Assembly: GCA_965200965.1 (NCBI GenBank)
Contig: OZ241744.1
Coordinates: forward strand, 3,264,001-3,328,000
Reading direction: 5' to 3'
DNA: 64,000 nucleotides
Origin: an uncultured Candidatus Binatia bacterium
GTDB taxonomy: Bacteria > Desulfobacterota > Binatia > Bin18
The notes beneath the pieces were generated by a model that searched no databases, was not told the DNA's origin, and saw nothing but the letters and a program-made list of their open reading frames with translations. Every line of letters begins with the position of its first letter. Position 1 is the first letter of the stretch. The position numbers and the translations under genes are program-made. This document shows, piece after piece, positions 1-10,733 of the stretch.

Positions 1-568
1 GATACTCCGGCTCGCCCAGGTGGGTACTCACCCAGCGCGACAGCACAAACAGCAGGTCGCTCAGCCGGTTGAGGTATTTCAACGGCCAGGGACTGAGGGT
101 TTCTTCCCGTGACAGCCGGACAAGGTCGCGCTCCGCCCGCCGACAGACGGTCCGTGCCTGGTGCAGAAAGCCGCCGACTTTTCCGCCGCCGGGCAGGACA
201 AAAGAGTTCAGCGGTTCCAGGTCTTTCTGGAGCCGGTCAATCGTCCGCTCCAAAGCCCTGACTTCCCGTGAGCCGGCCCGAAACATGCCCTGGTAGGAAA
301 AATCCGGCGGGGTGGCCAGCTCGCTGCCCAGGTCAAAGAGTTGGTTTTGCAGCCGGCGGAAAATCTGCTCCAGGGCTTTGGACGCTCTGAGGCTGTCTTT
401 GAGTTCGTCGTTAAAGACCCGAGCCAGTCCAATGACGGCGTTCAGTTCATCAACTGTACCGTAGGCTTCAACCCGGGCGGCGTCTTTGGCGACTTTCTGA
501 CCGCCGACCAGCCTAGTGAAGCCGGTGTCGCCGCTGCGGGTGTAGACCTTGGTAATGCGAATCGCCAT
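1..568 (-). CDS. ATP:cob(I)alamin adenosyltransferase, PduO type (3' end runs off the window)
   Basis: Not in the ORF track. Manual translation from ATG 568 gives MAIRITKVYTRSGDTGFTRLVGGQKVAKD...AYGTVDELN and YLNRLSDLLF motifs. The start overlaps the pckG stop (TAATG). Confidence 0.92.
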   Translation of the reverse strand, partial: MAIRITKVYTRSGDTGFTRLVGGQKVAKDAARVEAYGTVDELNAVIGLARVFNDELKDSLRASKALEQIFRRLQNQLFDLGSELATPPDFSYQGMFRAGSREVRALERTIDRLQKDLEPLNSFVLPGGGKVGGFLHQARTVCRRAERDLVRLSREETLSPWPLKYLNRLSDLLFVLSRWVSTHLGEPEY

Positions 569-2313
569 TACATGCCAAGCCGATGTTTCAGCGATGTGTG
601 TTCTTGCCACATGGCCTGCGGCATACGATCCCCGAACTGGCTAAAGAATTCCTGCTGGCCCTCGGTGGCGTGCTGCCAGCCCTCGCGGTCAACCGCCAGG
701 AGTTCTTCTATGATCTCTGGGGTCACATTCAAACCGCTGGTGTCGATGTCTTTGGCGTAGGGCAGATAGCCAATCTCGGTTTCACGAGCGTCAGCCTCGC
801 CGTGGACGCGGCTCAGCACCCAGCGCAGGGCACGCAGGTTTTCGCCAAAGCCGGGCCACAGATAGTTGTGGTTTTCGGACATGCGAAACCAGTTGACGCG
901 AAAAATTTTGGGCGGGTTGGCGATCCGGGCACCCATGGCCATCCAGTGGCCAAAATAATCGCCCATGTTGTAGCCGCAGAAGGGCAGCATGGCCATTGGA
1001 TCACGCCGGATCACCCCGACTTTGCCGGTGGCCGCAGCGGTGGTCTCGGATGCCATGGTCGAGCCCAGAAAGACGCCGTGCTGCCAACTCAAGGACTGAA
1101 AAATCAGGGGGATCAGGTCGGCCCGCCGACCGCCAAATAAAATAGCCGAAATCGGTACGCCCTGGGGGTTCTCCCACTCTGGTGATATCACCGGACACTG
1201 ACGCGCTGGGGTGGTGAAACGGGAGTTGGGATGGGCGGCCTTGGTCTCGCTGGCCGGGGTCCACGGCCGGCCCTGCCAGTCCAGGGCTTCAATTGGGGCT
1301 GGGCCGTCCATACCTTCCCAGTAGGGACAGCCGTCCGGGGTCAGGGCCACATTGGTAAACAGGGAGTTGGAGCCGACCGTGGCGATCATATTAGGGTTGG
1401 TGTGGGAGTTGGTGCCCGGCGCGACGCCAAAAAAGCCGGCCTCTGGGTTAATCGCCCACAGCCGCCCGTCGGGACCGATATTCATCCACGAGATATCGTC
1501 CCCGACCGTCCAGACTTTATAGCCCCGCTGGCTGCCCGGTGGGACGAGCATGGCCAGATTGGTTTTCCCACAGGCGCTCGGAAAGGCGGCCGCCATATAG
1601 GTCGTGCGGCCGCTCGGCTCTTCAATGCCGATAATCAGCATATGCTCGGCCAGCCAGCCCTCTTCGCGTGCCATATAGCTGCCCAGTCGCAGGGCAAAAC
1701 ACTTTTTGCCCAGCAGCGCGTTGCCGCCGTAGCCAGAGCCGACCGACCAGATCGCCCGCTCTTCGGGGAAGTGCATGATATAGCGTCGGTCGGGGCTCAG
1801 GTCGCCTAGCGAGTGAAGTCCTTTGACATAGTTGTCGGACGAGCCGAGACGGGCCAGGGCGGCCTTGCCCATCCGGGTCATGATCCGCATACTGGCGGCC
1901 ACATACGGGCTATCGGTGATTTCCACCCCGAACTGGCTGTAGGGTGAGGCTTGGGGTCCCATGATGTAGGGCACCACATACATGGTGCGGCCTTTCATCG
2001 CCCCGCTGAACAGGGTACCGGCTGTCTCTTTGGCCTCAGCCGGCGGCATCCAGTTATTATTCGGACCGGCGTCTTGTTGCTCGGCGGTGTTGACAAAGGT
2101 GAGGTGTTCGGTCCGCGCGACATCGTTGGGGTCGCTGCGATGCAGGTAACAGTCGGGATACTTTTTGCGGTTGAGCTCAATCAGGGTGCCGGAATCAAGC
2201 ATCTCTTCGAGCAAGCTTTGGTTTTCTTGCTCAGAGCCGTCACACCAGTGGATACGCTTGGGTTTGGTCTGGGCGGCGGTTTCTTCAACCCACTGTTCTA
2301 AAGGTGTTGGCAT
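568..2313 (-). CDS. pckG: Phosphoenolpyruvate carboxykinase (GTP)
   Basis: FPSACGKTNLAM, VGDDI, GSGYGGNALLGKKCFALR and AHPNSRF motifs; 581 aa. Confidence 0.97.
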   Translation of the reverse strand: MPTPLEQWVEETAAQTKPKRIHWCDGSEQENQSLLEEMLDSGTLIELNRKKYPDCYLHRSDPNDVARTEHLTFVNTAEQQDAGPNNNWMPPAEAKETAGTLFSGAMKGRTMYVVPYIMGPQASPYSQFGVEITDSPYVAASMRIMTRMGKAALARLGSSDNYVKGLHSLGDLSPDRRYIMHFPEERAIWSVGSGYGGNALLGKKCFALRLGSYMAREEGWLAEHMLIIGIEEPSGRTTYMAAAFPSACGKTNLAMLVPPGSQRGYKVWTVGDDISWMNIGPDGRLWAINPEAGFFGVAPGTNSHTNPNMIATVGSNSLFTNVALTPDGCPYWEGMDGPAPIEALDWQGRPWTPASETKAAHPNSRFTTPARQCPVISPEWENPQGVPISAILFGGRRADLIPLIFQSLSWQHGVFLGSTMASETTAAATGKVGVIRRDPMAMLPFCGYNMGDYFGHWMAMGARIANPPKIFRVNWFRMSENHNYLWPGFGENLRALRWVLSRVHGEADARETEIGYLPYAKDIDTSGLNVTPEIIEELLAVDREGWQHATEGQQEFFSQFGDRMPQAMWQEHTSLKHRLGM

Positions 2314-2453
2314 GAATCTTGTCCTCTCTGCTTAGAGTTGGGATACACACGAAATTTGTGAGGGAGCCGTTTTATCCATCGCCCTGTAGGGCATCAAGAC
2401 AGGATACCACAGGCGGCAGCCAAAGCGAATGGTGAGAGGATGGGAAAGGACTG

Positions 2454-3938
2454 CTATTGCGTCGGGTGTGTGGGACGACAGCGTTGCAGGATGATTTCCT
2501 TGAGTTTCTCTGGATCGAGCGGTTTTTTGAACACTACTTCCTGCAAACCTTCGAGCTTGCTACGCTTGATAACATGGTCTCTGTCAAAGAAATAGGCCGT
2601 CATCAGGACAACCGGGATATCGGGAAAGCGCTCCCGGACCTCCATATATAGGTCATAGCCGTCAAGGTCGGGCATGACCACATCGCTGATGACGAGATTG
2701 ACCATTTTGTAGGTCAGGATGTTGAGCGCCGGCAGGCCGCCTGTGGCGACTTCGACCTGCGCGCCGTCTTCCTGCAAGACGTCGCGCAACGAGTAACACA
2801 CGCCCAGATCGTCATCGACGACCAGAATCGTCAGACCGGCCAAATCCTGGCTGGGCGCTTTCTGGTGACTGTGGTGGGGGGCGATAATCTGCTCGTCACG
2901 GCCGAGGTCGGCCATCCGCGAACCGTGGAGGTATTCGGTGGTATCGTAGCGTGCACCGTGGGCCATCTCGTCAATACGGCCAATAATCGTCCGAATCTTC
3001 AACATCTCGCGCTGGATAGACTCCACCCGCTCCTCCTGGACGACGTATTCTTCGTCGGGGAAGGTCTGGGCCATGTGTTTGTTGAGGACATCGAGGTTGT
3101 TGAAAACGATCTCCAGCGGATTGTTAATCCGGTGGGCCAGCCCAACCGCCAACTCGCCCAGGGTAGCCAGTTGGTCACGCCGGCGGATGTCGCGCAGATC
3201 CTTGATAAAGCCGACCGAGCCGACCTCATAGCCCCTGCTGTCATAGATGAGCGAGCCGGAGATGGAGGCCGGAATGTGCTCGCCGTTTTTGCACACCAGG
3301 GCTATCTCAAAGTTTTTGACCTTGCCCTTTTCGCCGCTCTCTTCACTCCGCATGGCTTCCATGACACGGCGCGCTTCCTCCAGGCTGGGATAAATCGTCG
3401 GCCACACCCGCTTGCCGTGGATTTCGGCCGAGGTATAGCCCAGGGTTTGATGCGCACCGTCATTGTAGAAGACGATCTGACCCCTGCGGTCCACCGCAAT
3501 GACGATATCGAGCGAGCTTTCGAGCAGACGCTCGAAGTATTCCGGGGGTAGGTGGATCCCTCGCATGTCGCGATGGAAACCGATTGAGCCGATCTCCTCT
3601 CCCCGCTCGTTATAGATGAGCGAGCCGGAGAACGAGACAGGAATCTGTTGCCCGTTCTTGGCCACCAGCATGGTCTCAAAGTTTTTGACCTTGCCCTTTT
3701 CGTCAAACTCCTCGCCACGCAGCGCCTCCAAGACTCGCCGGGCTTCGGTCAGGTCGGGATACAGCATTACCCGATGGCCACGGCGATGTGCCTCCCGCAA
3801 CTCCTCAAAGGTATAGCCCAGGGTCTTGCTTGCGCCGTCGTTGTAGAAGATGATTTGGCCTCTGCGATCAACGGCGATCACGATGTCGGGGAAGCTTTCG
3901 AGAAGATGTTCGAAGTACACCGGAGGAAGCTGGAACAT
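2454..3938 (-). CDS. PAS-PAS-HisKA-receiver signalling protein with no recognisable HATPase domain
   Basis: Two similar PAS repeats, H-box AHRINNPL, C-terminal REC (ILVVDDD, SDVVMP, KP). No N/G1/F/G2 boxes seen. Confidence 0.85.
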   Translation of the reverse strand: MFQLPPVYFEHLLESFPDIVIAVDRRGQIIFYNDGASKTLGYTFEELREAHRRGHRVMLYPDLTEARRVLEALRGEEFDEKGKVKNFETMLVAKNGQQIPVSFSGSLIYNERGEEIGSIGFHRDMRGIHLPPEYFERLLESSLDIVIAVDRRGQIVFYNDGAHQTLGYTSAEIHGKRVWPTIYPSLEEARRVMEAMRSEESGEKGKVKNFEIALVCKNGEHIPASISGSLIYDSRGYEVGSVGFIKDLRDIRRRDQLATLGELAVGLAHRINNPLEIVFNNLDVLNKHMAQTFPDEEYVVQEERVESIQREMLKIRTIIGRIDEMAHGARYDTTEYLHGSRMADLGRDEQIIAPHHSHQKAPSQDLAGLTILVVDDDLGVCYSLRDVLQEDGAQVEVATGGLPALNILTYKMVNLVISDVVMPDLDGYDLYMEVRERFPDIPVVLMTAYFFDRDHVIKRSKLEGLQEVVFKKPLDPEKLKEIILQRCRPTHPTQ

Positions 3939-4083
3939 GAACAGATGCCCACTCTTTGGCCCGGTTCTGGGGTTGTTCGATCGTCTCGGTTACACTCGGT
4001 CTGTTGACCTTTTCTCTATGTTAGGCTCGGCTTTCCGTGATCGTCAAGACCTCCGGCACAATTGTCGATGTGAGAACGCCGCG

Positions 4084-4485
4084 ATGGTGGCCTGTGCGTT
4101 CGTCGTGTGTCTCAGCCTCAGCGGCTGCTACTGGCTCAAATACCCCAAGCTGATGCGGACCCACGTCGAACTCTTGCTGGCCATGACCGATAAAATGGGC
4201 AGCTTTTTGGAGGATGGCAGGGTCATTACGCCGGGAATGATGAACGAGTTTGTGTACCCCTTGGAGCGCGCCCAAGATTTTGTCCCAATTGTCAAACGTT
4301 TCTACGCCGGCCGGACCTCGCTCCAGCAGTTTGAACACTTGCTCGCCGTGTACGCCGGCTTGGTTGAGGAGACTGAGCGTCTGCGGATCCTGAAGGGAGA
4401 TCTGACCGACTTTCACGAGCGGGCCGAGTTGTTGCGCGAATGGGCGGGGCGGGTAGAGACGGCCTTAGTCAAAGAGGCAGCCTGA
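4084..4485 (+). CDS. Hypothetical lipoprotein
   Basis: Hydrophobic N-terminus with lipobox-like LSGC after ATG 4084. Start uncertain. Confidence 0.6.
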   Translation: MVACAFVVCLSLSGCYWLKYPKLMRTHVELLLAMTDKMGSFLEDGRVITPGMMNEFVYPLERAQDFVPIVKRFYAGRTSLQQFEHLLAVYAGLVEETERLRILKGDLTDFHERAELLREWAGRVETALVKEAA

Positions 4486-5015
4486 CACGCCGAACGATGA
4501 GAGGGGTGTGAGTGGCTGTGGGCCGGAAGCTTGATTACCCGTTTCTCGTCGTCCAACTCAGCCAGCAACTCGGCAACCGTCCGCCGGAGGTGGGGATGAT
4601 AAAAGTCGGGGGCAATCTCACACAAGGGTTTGAGCACAAAACGCCGCTTGTGCAGTTCGGGGTGAGGGATGTGTAACTGAGGGGTGTTGATACGCTTGTC
4701 GTCAAAGAACAGGATATCGAGGTCCAGGGTACGCGAGGTCCAGTGCTCGGCCGAGCGCACACGGCCGAGCGCGCGTTCGATGGCTTGGAGGCGGTCGAGT
4801 AAAGCCCCGGCTACCAGTTCGGTGCGGATTTCGATCACCCCGTTCAGATACCAGTTCCGTGCCTCACCGAGCGGCTGGGTTTCATATCGGGAAGACTGAG
4901 CAACGATGGTGGTGGCGGGGAGGGCGGCAAGGTGCTTCACAGCGTGTCGGTAATGCGCCTGTCGATCGCCGAGATTGGAGCCTAGGGCGATAAAGACCTG
5001 GTGTGTCGTGCTCAT
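4413..5015 (-). CDS. folK: 2-amino-4-hydroxy-6-hydroxymethyldihydropteridine diphosphokinase
   Basis: IALGSNLGD, RTLDLDIL and IPHP..RRFVLKPL motifs. Start set at MSTTHQ. Confidence 0.93.
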   Translation of the reverse strand: MSTTHQVFIALGSNLGDRQAHYRHAVKHLAALPATTIVAQSSRYETQPLGEARNWYLNGVIEIRTELVAGALLDRLQAIERALGRVRSAEHWTSRTLDLDILFFDDKRINTPQLHIPHPELHKRRFVLKPLCEIAPDFYHPHLRRTVAELLAELDDEKRVIKLPAHSHSHPSHRSACQAASLTKAVSTRPAHSRNNSARS

Positions 5016-5076
5016 GACGCAAAGAGCGGTGTCCTGACTTCTTGGCGGCCGCTGTCTGCCCCGAAGGAGACCGCCC

Positions 5077-6286
5077 CTACAGTTCAAATGCCTGCACGGC
5101 TCGCTCGACAATCATCCGGCCGATCGCCAGCGAAGCGGTCGCACCGGGTGACGGAGCGTTCAGGACATGGAGCGCATTGCCAGTCTGGGAAATTACAAAG
5201 TCATCCACCAGCGCGCCGCTAGAGGCAATCGCCTGCGCCCGCACCCCGCTCCCGCCCGGCTGGAGGTCAGACTCAACTAGGTCTGGCAGCAGCCGTTGCA
5301 GGGCGCTGAGAAACGCCCGTTTGCTGAACGAGCGGTACATTTCCCCCAGGCCGGTCCGCCAATACTTGCGAGCCATGCCCCAAAAACCGGGGAAACTCAG
5401 GCTTTCTCGCGTATCGCGCCAGTTGAAGTCGGATTTGCGATAGCCCTCACGGGCCAGGGCCAAAACGGCGTTCGGGCCTGCCTCAACCATGCCGTCGATC
5501 GTCCGGGTGAAATGCACCCCAAGAAACGGCAGAGCCGGGTCGGGAACCGGATAAATAAGATTGTTCACCAGCCCGTTGACGCTGGGTCGCCAGGGTATAG
5601 TATTCGCCCCGAAAGGGGACGATTTGTAACTTGGGCTGCGCCCCGACCAAGCGCACCAAGCGGTCACAGAACAGCCCCCCGCAGTTGATCAGACAGGTGG
5701 TCTGAATGGCGTCGCCGGTGGTTTCCAGGACCAGCTTGCCCTGGGTGTGGCGCAGCGTCTGAACCTGATGGTTGAGCAGAATGTTGCCTCCGCGGTCGTG
5801 GACAAGTCGGGCATAGGTCTGCGCCACCCGGGAAAAATCGATAATGCCGGTGCTCGGCACCTGGAGCGCCCTCAGGCCGGTAGCGTGCGGTTCGAGCTCC
5901 TGTAAGCGTTCCGGCCCAATCATTGCCAAGCCCTGCACCCCGTTGGCCGTTCCGCGTCGGTGGAGTTCCTCAAGCCGGGGCAACTCGGCCGGCGAGGTGG
6001 CGACGACGACCTTGCCGCAGCGTTCGTAGGGAATGTCGTGTTGTTCACAAAAAGCGATCAAATCCTGGGCACCACGCACACAGGTCTGGGCTTTGAGGGA
6101 GCCGGGCCTGTAGTAGATGCCGGAGTGGATCACGCCGCTGTTGTGGCCGGTCTGGTGGCTGGCCAGCCGGTCTTCTTTCTCCACAATGGCGAGTTTCACC
6201 TGAGGCAGGCGTTGGGTGAGTGCCAGTCCGGTGGCCAGACCGATAATGCCTCCGCCAACAATGCTGACATCGAACTGCCGTGTCAT
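5077..6286 (-). pseudogene. lhgO: L-2-hydroxyglutarate oxidase, frameshifted near 5572-5576
   Basis: N-half (GGGIIGLA, HQTGHNSGVIHSGIYY, PFRGEYY) and C-half (IYPVPDP..PFLGVHFT, GVRAQA, NAPSPGATASLAIG) lie in different frames. Removing one base joins them. Confidence 0.85.
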
Positions 6287-6498
6287 ACGCTGTTCCCCAA
6301 GCAGTGTGTCGCCCCGACCATGCGGTCTCCGCTCAGCCTGACCGAGTCGGGCCGGAGTGTCAAGCGTGGCTGACCCCTACGGTGAACGAGGCTCTCTTCC
6401 TCAATGCCCGTGGTCCTCGGTGTTCACCGTGTTGCCATTCCAGCGGCGAGGCAGTACCCTGCGACTAGTGTGCCTGTCCGTTGCTTGCGGGCCTTGAC

Positions 6499-7137
6499 AT
6501 GAACGCCCACCACTTCATCAGAATTCACAACCAATCCCATCCCCTGGCTGCCGTGGCCTTTGACCTCGACAGCACGCTGACCAAACCGTATCTCGACTTT
6601 GCCAAACTGCGAGCTGAGCTGGGACTTGCCGACGGGGACATTCTTGACTGGCTGGGTCGGCTGCCGCCGGCTGAGCAAGAGCCGGCCAGGGCCATAATTG
6701 AAGCCTTTGAGCAGGATGGAGTGGAGCATGTGGAGTGGAATGACGGAGCGGAACACACCTTGCGCGCGGTGCAGGCGATGTCTTTGCCAGTGGCCATTAT
6801 TACCCGCAACAGTCGGACCTCGCTGCGGGCGGTGTGTCGTCAGCTCGGCATTCGGGTTGACCTCTTGGTCGCCCGGGAAGACGCGCCGCCAAAGCCCGAT
6901 CCGGCCGCCCTGCGTTTCGTCGCCCGACGGTTCGGAACTGGCCCGGAGTGTCTGGTAATGGTTGGCGACTTTCGGCATGACACCCAGGCTGGCCGAGCGG
7001 CCGGAGCCTGGACAGTCTTGCTCACTAATGGACGCGAGCCGTCCTGGCCGGTTGAGGCCGATATCCTCATTGAACGTCTGCCCGGGTTGCTCGGCTATCT
7101 TGGCTGGAAAGAGGAAACGGGACCTCCAACTCCCTGA
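6499..7137 (+). CDS. HAD-family hydrolase/phosphatase
   Basis: FDLDSTL motif I, ITRN, KPDP, MVGDFRHD. Confidence 0.88.
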   Translation: MNAHHFIRIHNQSHPLAAVAFDLDSTLTKPYLDFAKLRAELGLADGDILDWLGRLPPAEQEPARAIIEAFEQDGVEHVEWNDGAEHTLRAVQAMSLPVAIITRNSRTSLRAVCRQLGIRVDLLVAREDAPPKPDPAALRFVARRFGTGPECLVMVGDFRHDTQAGRAAGAWTVLLTNGREPSWPVEADILIERLPGLLGYLGWKEETGPPTP

Positions 7138-7186
7138 AAACGCTGACACGTTTACTCTTTGTGAATGTCTTAGGAGGAAGAATACG

Positions 7187-8251
7187 ATGGAGTTTGCGAT
7201 TGCCTATCCCGCCCGGCCAGACGCCTGGAAAGACTTGGTGATTGCCGAAGACCACGGCTTTTCTCACGCCTGGTTTTATGACTCACAGATGCTCTACAGC
7301 GATGTCTATGTGTGCATGGCCCTGGCCGCCGAGAAGACCACAACCCTGACCTTAGGTACCGGAGTGGCGATTCCCGCTAACCGGATTGCGCCCGTTACCG
7401 CCCATTCGATTGCGACGATTAACCAACTCGCCCCGGGCCGCGTGATTCTTGGCCTCGGCACCGGCTTTACCGGCCGCAATACTATGGGTTTGCCGCCCTT
7501 GCCGCTCGGCGCGCTGCGCGAACAGACCGAACAGTGTCGGGCTCTGCTGCGGGGCGAAGAGGTGTTGTATCGTGATGGCGAGTGGCAGCGCTGGATCAGA
7601 TTTCTGCATCCCGCCCGCGGCTACATCAATCTCGACGATCCTATTCCGATCTACATCGCCGCCAACGGCCCCAAAGCCCTGGCCCTGACCGGGGAGCTGG
7701 CCGACGGCTGGATTACGACCCTGAGCGACTCTGACAGCTTTCAGAAAAACCTGGCCCGGGTCCAACTCGGCGCGGATAAAGTTGGTCGTCAAGCCAGATC
7801 CCTGCCCAACACGATGTTGACAACGAGCTGTGTCTTGCAGCCCGGAGAGTCCGCGGCCGCGCCGCGCGTGGTGGAGCGGGTCGGCCCGTTTGCGGTTGTT
7901 GCCCTGCACGCCCTGTGGGAGCGCTCTGCGGTGGCGGCCGATCTGCCCCCGGGTCTGCAACAGCTCTATGAGCGCTACGACCAGGAATACGTCGCCGGTC
8001 TGAGCACGCCGGCCGACCGGCTGTATCTGAAGATCCACGAGGGTCATTTGATCTATACGAAGCCGGGCGAAGAAAAATATCTGGACGAGACACTCATCCG
8101 CGGCTTTTCGCTGACCGGAACCGGAGAAGAAATTATCGCCCGCCTCAGAGCCTTGGAGGCCGTCGGGCTGAAGCAGGTTGCGATTCAGGTCGTGAGCGAC
8201 GGCCGGCAGACGATTGAGGAGTTTAGTCGCCAAGTGATTGCCAAATACTAA
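7187..8251 (+). CDS. LLM-class flavin-dependent oxidoreductase
   Basis: AEDHGFSHAWFYDS, GRVILGLGTG, IYIAANGPK..GELADG. AGGAGG RBS at 7172-7177. Confidence 0.9.
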   Translation: MEFAIAYPARPDAWKDLVIAEDHGFSHAWFYDSQMLYSDVYVCMALAAEKTTTLTLGTGVAIPANRIAPVTAHSIATINQLAPGRVILGLGTGFTGRNTMGLPPLPLGALREQTEQCRALLRGEEVLYRDGEWQRWIRFLHPARGYINLDDPIPIYIAANGPKALALTGELADGWITTLSDSDSFQKNLARVQLGADKVGRQARSLPNTMLTTSCVLQPGESAAAPRVVERVGPFAVVALHALWERSAVAADLPPGLQQLYERYDQEYVAGLSTPADRLYLKIHEGHLIYTKPGEEKYLDETLIRGFSLTGTGEEIIARLRALEAVGLKQVAIQVVSDGRQTIEEFSRQVIAKY

Positions 8252-8398
8252 TGAGGAAGCCCCATGCCACTTATCACAAAGGACCGCAGCGGCCCATCGC
8301 CCTGCGGTCAAGGACGATGAGAGCGACGAGGCACGGGTGGCTGAAGCACAGCCCCTCTATCCCGGTCCGTTTTGGACGGAGTAGCGAAAGGAGCAGTT

Positions 8399-9229
8399 AT
8401 GGGACGTTTGGACGGAAAAGTGGCGCTGGTCACCGGCGGAGCGTCGGGTATTGGCCGGGCGATTTGTCTCAGTTTTGCCCGCGAAGGAGCGACCGTGGTG
8501 TGTAACGATCTGCGGGTTGAGAACGCCCGGCAGGTTGTTGAGGAGTGTGGCCAGCAGGGGCACGGCCTAGCGGTCAGGGCCGACGTGTCCAAAAGCCGCC
8601 AGGTGACCCAAATGTTTGCCAAACTGGCAGAGCGCTACTCGCGGCTCGACATCCTGGTCAATAATGCCGGGATTGGTCTGGATAACCCGACCGTTCGGGC
8701 ACGTTTTAACCGGGTGTTGGCCAAGCAACAGGCCGAGTTGGCAAAGACGGGCAAAATCAGGACCGCGCTTGAAGCCACCCAGAATATGACCGATGAAGAG
8801 TGGCGGCGGATGCTGAGCGTTCATCTTGACGGCACGTTTTACTGTAGCCGAGAGGCGCTCAAAATCATGCACAAACAGAAATCGGGCAAAATTATCAGCA
8901 TTGCTTCGATCTGCGGGATGACCGGCTGCGCCGGCGCGCCACACTACAGCGCGGCCAAAGCCGGCATCCTGGGCTTTACCCGGGCGCTGGCCCGTGAGGC
9001 GATTGTCAGCGGGGTGCAGGTCAACGCGATTGCGCCCGGCTATATTGATACGCCCATGACCGAAGGGCTGAACGATAACGTCCGGCGGGCGATCGCTATG
9101 GCGACACCTGCCGGTCAGTTTGGCTCACCCCAGGACATTGCCACTCCGGCCGTCTATCTGGCGTCTGAGGAGTCGAACTTTGTGGTCGGCCAGGCCATCA
9201 GCCCCAACGGCGGGTATGTCATTGCATAA
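8399..9229 (+). CDS. SDR family NAD(P)-dependent oxidoreductase (FabG-like)
   Basis: [23 protein letters not shown]. Confidence 0.92.
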   Translation: MGRLDGKVALVTGGASGIGRAICLSFAREGATVVCNDLRVENARQVVEECGQQGHGLAVRADVSKSRQVTQMFAKLAERYSRLDILVNNAGIGLDNPTVRARFNRVLAKQQAELAKTGKIRTALEATQNMTDEEWRRMLSVHLDGTFYCSREALKIMHKQKSGKIISIASICGMTGCAGAPHYSAAKAGILGFTRALAREAIVSGVQVNAIAPGYIDTPMTEGLNDNVRRAIAMATPAGQFGSPQDIATPAVYLASEESNFVVGQAISPNGGYVIA

Positions 9230-9314
9230 TCAATCGAAACCGTTGGCTGGATCCCGGCAACCGGCGGCAAGAACCCGGACGGTTGACACGCGCCTGCCTT
9301 CGCGTGAGAGGGGT

Positions 9315-10733
9315 ATGGACAGCTACCTGTCTGATGAGGACTATACCCGCCTGATTGCGCGTCTGGATCGTCGTCTGTTCAAGAAATTTGAACAGGCCTT
9401 CGTTGCCGACCCGGCGTTGACAAGACCGCTGGTCAGCTTTCAAGCGAATAAACAGCGCCCGGTTTATCGCTGGTATAAGTTTAAGGAAGGCTTCTCCCAG
9501 AAATTGGTGAAATATCTGGTGGAGTCATGGAAGGCGGGAGACAGGGGAAAACTCCTGGACCCGTTTGCCGGATCGGGAACGACCCTATTTGCCGCAAGCG
9601 AGCTTGGCTTTTCGGTTGACGGTATAGAGTTGCTGCCTGTCGGCCAAGAGATTATCAACGCGCGACATTGTGCTGAACGCGAGTTGGACGAGAAGGATAT
9701 GGAGAGCCTTCGACGATGGCAGCGGGACAAGCCCTGGACGCAGGCGGAGCGCCGACAATTTCTCAATACCTTGCGAATTACCAACGGGGCGTACCCCGTC
9801 GAGACGCACTGGAGTATTGAGCGGTATCTGACACAGAGTGAGAAAGAGAATACCCGTGTCAAGATCATGTTGAAGTTAGCGCTTCTGTGTGTCCTTGAGT
9901 CGGTAAGTTATACGAGGAAAGATGGGCAGTATCTCCGCTGGGATCATCGTTCTGGACGGCGATCGGGCAAGAAACTTTTTGGCAAAGGATGTATCCCTAG
10001 TTTTGACGAAGCCATCTGTCAAAAAATTGACGAGATATTATCTGACCTTGATCAGAAGCACCTAGGCGGCGATCTCTTTGAAGAGCGAGATAGGATAGCC
10101 GGTCCTGTCACCTTATTCCGCGGTTCCTGCCTCGATATCCTTCCTACCCTGAGTGGAGAAAGATATGACGCAATTGTGACCTCTCCACCGTATTGTAACC
10201 GTTACGATTATACCCGCACCTATGCTCTCGAACTTGCGCTTTTAGGCACTGACGAACAGGATCTCGCTGCTCTTCGGCAGCGAATGCTCAGTTGTACAGT
10301 CGAGAACAGAGAAAAGGCTCTGATGCGTATCAATCCCAAATGGAAGAGCGCAGTAGAAGTGGCCGATAATCAAAGTCTGCTCCAGACAATCATCGAATAT
10401 CTTGAAGCCCAGAAAACCCACAAGAGGCTGAATAACAACGGCTTGCCACGAATGGTGAAAGGCTATTTCTACGAGATTGCCTGCGTTATTTATGAATGTA
10501 CCCGCGTATTGAAAAAAAACGGTCTGATGTTCGTCGTAAACGATAATGTCCGGTATGCCGGCGTAGGAATTTCAGTCGATATGATTTTGTCCGATATAGC
10601 GTCCGAATTGGGTTTACGGATGAAAAAAATCCTTCTGCTTCCCAAGGGAAAAGGAAACAGCAGTCAACAGATGGGCGTTCATGGGAGAGAAGCTTTACGC
10701 AAATGCGTCTATGTATGGGAGAAACAGTCTTGA
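9315..10733 (+). CDS. Amino-DNA methyltransferase, likely N4-cytosine (M.BsoBI/M.AvaI-like)
   Basis: DPFAGSGTT followed by TSPPY, translationally coupled to a BsoBI-like endonuclease. Visibly AT-richer than its flanks. Confidence 0.88.
   Translation: MDSYLSDEDYTRLIARLDRRLFKKFEQAFVADPALTRPLVSFQANKQRPVYRWYKFKEGFSQKLVKYLVESWKAGDRGKLLDPFAGSGTTLFAASELGFSVDGIELLPVGQEIINARHCAERELDEKDMESLRRWQRDKPWTQAERRQFLNTLRITNGAYPVETHWSIERYLTQSEKENTRVKIMLKLALLCVLESVSYTRKDGQYLRWDHRSGRRSGKKLFGKGCIPSFDEAICQKIDEILSDLDQKHLGGDLFEERDRIAGPVTLFRGSCLDILPTLSGERYDAIVTSPPYCNRYDYTRTYALELALLGTDEQDLAALRQRMLSCTVENREKALMRINPKWKSAVEVADNQSLLQTIIEYLEAQKTHKRLNNNGLPRMVKGYFYEIACVIYECTRVLKKNGLMFVVNDNVRYAGVGISVDMILSDIASELGLRMKKILLLPKGKGNSSQQMGVHGREALRKCVYVWEKQS

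Noticed and set aside
4413-4485. Convergent overlap of folK and the lipoprotein gene
   Set aside because: Probably a low-complexity run-on tail of folK, common in GC-rich genomes.
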